Source of the DNA: Rhynchopus sp. YZ270_cl-10
Lineage: Eukaryota
Length of the DNA stretch: 64,000 nucleotides
Direction: 5' to 3'
NCBI GenBank assembly: GCA_964035575.1
Contig: OZ037840.1
Location: 1,736,001-1,800,000 of the forward strand
Shown here: in pieces, positions 59,082 through 64,000 of the stretch
Position numbering within the stretch: the stretch's first letter is position 1
How the letters are laid out: each line of letters begins with the position of its first letter
Notes under the pieces: model-generated
What the model saw: only the letters and a program-made list of their open reading frames with translations
The model's database searches: none
Told to the model about the DNA's origin: nothing
Made by a program: the position numbers and the translations under genes

Positions 59082-59737
59082 AACTACGACCCCGTCGCAC
59101 TGATCACCCTCCGCCCTATTCATGTACGTGTCGAAGATGTTTCCGCGGCAGACAAGACACATTTCACCGCGTTTCGGTCGTGTCTTTCTCTGGGAAGATC
59201 AAGGACGGACAGAAGGCACGCACCAGGGGTCCCAACTACAAATCCGAAACCAAGAAGGACATGGCTGTGAAGAACATCCAGCGCCGCAGTGATTGTACCC
59301 TGCTCAGAATGGAGCGTTACCAGGAGGCCGTGTTGAGGACGTGCCCTGTGGTAACATTTGTGAAGACTGCGACCAACTGACGAGAAGGAGAGCGAGTGCT
59401 ACCCCCTGAAGGACATGAAGTACACTGTATCGCCCGCTGTGCGTGTCGCTGTGGAGTGCTCCTCCCCCGCCGACCTGCCCAAGCTTGTTGAGGGACTGAA
59501 GCGTCTGCCGAAGTCCGACCCGCTTATGCAGTGCTCGATTGAGGAGTCGGGAGAACACACCATCGCCGGAGCGGGAGAGCTTCGCTTTGATATCTGTCTG
59601 AAGGATCTTCAGGAGGACTACATGACTGTGTCAAGTGGAAGATCTACGAGCCGTTGCGTCGTTTCGTGAGACCATCACCGAAGTGTCTGACGAACAAGCA
59701 CACCCATCTTTTCTGCAGGGGAGCGCTCCTTGGAGAC
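59082..59737 (+). pseudogene. eEF2: Decayed internal fragment of translation elongation factor 2 (domain II to start of IV)
   Basis: Frameshifted pieces [113 protein letters not shown] and NKHTHLFCRGA, collinear with eEF2. Confidence 0.9.
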
Positions 59738-62686
59738 AACTACTACCATTACTACACAGACTCACGGACGACGGGGTGAGCACTCCGAAGGATGTCTGCA
59801 ACAAGAACTTACCAGGCACTACACCTTCCCACCCAGCTGCGGGGGCCGCTTATCTGCTTCCGTGCATACCAGCAGCAACAGCTCCACAGAAGCCCACCTG
59901 CTTCAGAGAGACGTCAACCTGCTCGCGACCACGACCGACGCCTTCGAGGACTTCCCCGTGAGGATACAAGTTCGTTTACATGAAATGCGGAGTACTTACT
60001 TGTGGTGACCTTACTGCCGATGCTGTATTTTGTTTGACTGAAATCCCCTAGAGGAGGCCACTATTCGGCAGTCCTCAAGATGAGGAAACCTTTTGTCGAC
60101 CGAAGTCCTCCGGAGTAGGCAACTTTTGAGGGTTCTCGTTTAAGAGGTGAAGTACTCAGCAAAGTTTACTGTAAGCCCTCCGAGAGAGGTTTCCATTGCT
60201 GAAGCCCTGAAGATTGATACGCATGGTGAGGTGGAAGACAACAGAACAAAGAACAATGGACGTTGATGCTGCAGAGAACACCTGGGCAGTTTCACTTCTC
60301 AGAAACACGGGCGTTACCGATTCAGCCGGCCCTCGTGATGGGAGATGACACGTGGAAATACTACGTGCGGGCATACAACAACAAGCTTCCTTGGGAGCAA
60401 GCGACCAAGTTCGACAAAACTGACGAAATCAGAGGGTACAACGCGTGGGGTGACCTTGTACAGCCTCATTTTCATGGACACGAAATCGCAAGTCCACACC
60501 AGGAATAACGTCATGATTCGTAGTAGATGTCGAAGCTGGCGTTTTCGCGGAGTGCCCCGACACTGTACAACACCAAAAATGAGCAGGCAGCAACAAGAAG
60601 TCGAGAGAGAGAGCCTCCGCTCCGTTGTGCAGGAACATCGAAATAGTAGACGAAGCGATTTCCGACGCACGACAGCGATTACTCGACGCCGATTGCAAAA
60701 TATAGGCAAGCTTCTAAACCACAGCTAGCGATGTTGAGGCAACCTGGACTGTTGTTTTCCAAGAGAGACAACTGGTGACCGTTAGAAGTTCACTTGTTTT
60801 GCAGGGCCGATCCTTTTGCCGCACCCAGACTCGTGAATACGACCATCGTCCAATCTCTCACGCACCCGGTCTACACCATGCTCATTACGTGAACACTACA
60901 ACGTGCGTGCCTAAATTACTGTTGGGGGATTTTCATCATCGGAACAATGCCTTTGTGGTATCCTACGCAGCTGCTGCGTTGCAAGAACGTATCTAAGGAA
61001 AGTGACGAAGCACGCGAGACTTCGGGCCATCATATATCATTTTTATCTCAATCCCTGCATCGTTGGAGACAGTTACGCAGTTACTCTATTTATTTGCAGC
61101 CACACAGAACAATTTCGGGCCAGATCTCCTCCCGCGCTCCTGGATGGATCATCCCGTTTCGCTGAAGAAGTTTTTTCGCGTAGCGTCCCTTGAGGGTCCC
61201 AAGGGTCCTGGGTGTGATCTGGGGTGAGGAAGCGTTCCAACTTTTCAACCTCTTCCCCAATTTACCTTTCACGCCTTTTTTACCCTCCCCCGTTTTAGAA
61301 TCAACAGAGAGTGTACGTTAAGATTTTTCGGTGACATGACACTTGTGACATATCGTAGGAAATCTTTTAGTATGCGCGAAGACGATTCTTGTGCTCCTCA
61401 TTCTCCCCACACTATGTCAATACAACAGGTTAGACCGTTTGGTCTGGGAGGGTTTGGGGTTTCTTCTTTCTCTCAGTTCAATCTTGAACAATTTCGAGAG
61501 GAGTTTTATTTATTTTTCAAAAAAAAAAAAAAAAAAAGAAAGTTTAGAAGGGAGTAGGTTTCATCGTCAGAAGAACCCACCCTATTCAAACCCAAACCTT
61601 TGTATTGTAGTGTGATCTGGGGTGAGGAAGCGTTCCAACTTTTCAACCTCTTCCCCAATTTACCTTTCACGCCTTTTTTACCCTCCCCCGTTTTAGAATC
61701 AACAGAGAGTGTACGTTAAGATTTCATAAAATCCAGAAACTTTCAACAATAGGAAGTTTTCTTCCGCGTCCTCCCCCGTTTCTTTTTTTTGAAAGCAATT
61801 TCCCCTCAGTTCACAACATTCCCGTAAAACATTCTTTTTTTACCCCGACAATCTTCTCTCAATCGTTACTCTTTTAATATTTTTAAAAGCAAACCAAAAG
61901 GCAACAAAAACTAATAACACATGACACCGCGAAAATGAAATACCCCCCCTTCTTTGTTTATTCGTTGTTTGTTGTTTGTTGATCGCATCCATCCTTATCC
62001 CCACCCGGCCAGCTATCCCAGGGAACAGCCACAGATGACATAGTTTTTTTTTTTTTTTTTTTTTTTTTCAAACCCCAAAAGTCCCGAAAACCCCGAAAAA
62101 CCCGCGTCCTGAAGTACGGTGGAGAGGTGGAGCACAAGGGGGGAAGGGGAAAACGGTAAAACTCATGACCACCGACGAGCGCGTCTTTCATTTCCAGACG
62201 TATTGCATACTCGTACAAAAATAAAAACATTTTTTTTGCACGAATTTAATTTATTGTGTGAAAGCACATCCTACTTGTGCCTCCACTGTCACAAAGCAAG
62301 GACTTTCACAAGAAGTGAACAATACCCCCATCACCCATAAAACACTCCGGTAGTGCTTTCCTATCACTTCGAAAAAGGTGTTTTAGTTCCCTCCCAATTC
62401 CCTGTCTGAACTACCGAAAGGAACTAAAAAAGCACACCGTTCAACAGTTTTTTTTAACTCCTCGTATCACCTCAGAAGCATAGCTTTTGTCCCACAATTT
62501 CATCAGCACAGTTTTTACGCTCATCATGCTTCGAAACACCACCACCCAACAGGTGAGATAGTGTGTCTGGAAGTGTCAACGCATTCAGCAACTACAAGAA
62601 CAGGAGGTGAACGACAAGTGAGACTTCCCGTGACACACTCACCCCCACATTTCACCACTTCCAGGAATTCCACTTCAGCAATCAAT

Positions 62687-64000
62687 ATGTTACTAACAGC
62701 AGCCTTGCTAACTGTGGTGTCCACAGCACTAACGTGCACGGAACACTCCCCATCCTCCTGTGCCGAGGTGCAAGGCTGCATCTGGGACGATGGTCTCTCG
62801 CTCTGTGTCGACACAGCTTCACTCACAAAGCAGAATGCCAGTTGTGCGTCCATCACTACGAGTGTCAATTGTAGTGCCGAGGGCTGTCACTGGACAAACC
62901 ACGGCTGTGTCGTTGACAACACCACATGCGTATCCCTGAACTTCACCGACTGCATTCTTGACAGCAACTGCACATGGGACAACTCCACCGACACCTGCTT
63001 TGATGGAAACATGACCTGTGGAGACATCGTGAACGCTACCACCTGTGTTGACGCGAACTGCACATGGACAGGACAGGACTGTGTTGATGCAAATGCGACG
63101 TGCAACTCCTTCAACTACGTCGACTGCGTGTCCGACACCAACTGCACTTGGGACTACAACATTAATGAGTGTTTCGATGCCAACCAGACGTGTGACGACA
63201 TCACAAACTTCATGTTCTGCGTTGACTCTGGATGCACATGGATCGGAAACCACTGTGCTGACGGGAACACATCTTGTCCTGAGAGGGATCTGTGGAGCTG
63301 TGCACGTGACAGCAACTGCACTTGGGACAGGTACACGAACACTTGTTTGGATGTGAACACGACGTGTCCGAGCTACGTGAAGACGTGGACGTGTGCCGCT
63401 CAGCCAAACTGCACATGGTCAGACCACGGCTGTGTGGTTGACAACACCACATGCGCGTTCCTGAACTTCACCGACTGCATTCTTGACAGCAACTGCACAT
63501 GGGACAACTCCACCGACACTTGCTTTGATGGAAACATGACCTGTGGAGACATCGTGAACGCTACCACCTGTGTTGACGCGAACTGCACATGGACAGGACA
63601 GGACTGCGTTGATGCAAATGCGACGTGCAACTCCTTCAACTACGTCGACTGCGTGTCCGACACCAACTGCACTTGGGACTACAACATTAATGAGTGTTTC
63701 GATGCCAACCAGACGTGCGACGACATCACAAACTTCATGTTCTGCGTTGATTCTGGATGCACATGGATCGGAAACCACTGTGCTGACGGAAACACATCTT
63801 GTCCTGAGAGGGATCTGTGGAGCTGTGCACGTGACAGCAACTGCACTTGGGACAGGTACACGAACACTTGTTTGGATGTGAACACGACGTGTCCGAGCTA
63901 CGTGAAGACGTGGACGTGTGCCGCTCAGCCAAACTGCACATGGTCAGACCACGGCTGTGTGGTTGACAACACCACATGCGCGTTCCTGAACTTCACCGAC
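62687..64000 (+). CDS. Cysteine-rich repeat surface glycoprotein, paralog 3 (partial, runs off the right edge)
   Basis: ATG at 62687 begins MLLTAALLTVVSTALTCTEHSPSSC; 525-bp units (WIGNHC codons near 63239 and 63764); open to the window end. Confidence 0.9.
   Translation, partial: MLLTAALLTVVSTALTCTEHSPSSCAEVQGCIWDDGLSLCVDTASLTKQNASCASITTSVNCSAEGCHWTNHGCVVDNTTCVSLNFTDCILDSNCTWDNSTDTCFDGNMTCGDIVNATTCVDANCTWTGQDCVDANATCNSFNYVDCVSDTNCTWDYNINECFDANQTCDDITNFMFCVDSGCTWIGNHCADGNTSCPERDLWSCARDSNCTWDRYTNTCLDVNTTCPSYVKTWTCAAQPNCTWSDHGCVVDNTTCAFLNFTDCILDSNCTWDNSTDTCFDGNMTCGDIVNATTCVDANCTWTGQDCVDANATCNSFNYVDCVSDTNCTWDYNINECFDANQTCDDITNFMFCVDSGCTWIGNHCADGNTSCPERDLWSCARDSNCTWDRYTNTCLDVNTTCPSYVKTWTCAAQPNCTWSDHGCVVDNTTCAFLNFTD

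Larger units (their letters stand above)
57141..61724 (+). mobile_element. Non-autonomous split-direct-repeat element (A1...B1-A2-B2), tyrosine-recombinase retrotransposon-like
   Basis: A1 57141-57357 = A2 61325-61541 (217 bp, including A19); B1 61212-61326 = B2 61610-61724 (115 bp). B1 abuts A2, no TSD is seen, and the interior has no intact ORF. Confidence 0.75.

Noticed and set aside
57141..61541. LTR retrotransposon bounded by the A repeats
   Set aside because: No TG...CA ends, PBS, PPT or TSD, and the additional B1/B2 pair fits a split-direct-repeat layout better.

Overview
Eukaryotic genomic DNA, most likely a euglenozoan (diplonemid-like; inferred from all host genes lying on one strand, GT-AG introns with CA-rich 3' ends, bodonin-like membrane proteins and a kinetoplastid-like eEF2 motif). 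Host genes, all on +: a partial CDS at the left edge, a 3-exon CDP-alcohol phosphotransferase, two Pro/Thr-stalk multipass membrane proteins (one frameshifted), a 2-exon receptor with a degenerate class III cyclase domain, and three paralogous Cys-rich repeat surface proteins. The non-coding DNA is crowded with mobile elements: an intact DD37E Tc1-like transposon, hAT-like non-autonomous elements with 8-bp and 6-bp TSDs, MITEs and short dispersed repeats. The most unusual object is a 4.6-kb element (57141-61724) with the split direct repeat layout A1...B1-A2-B2 typical of tyrosine-recombinase retroelements. It has no intact ORF, but carries a 13-unit array of covarying hairpins with a near-invariant ATAAGA loop and decayed fragments of host eEF2. 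All calls were made by eye, without database searches.
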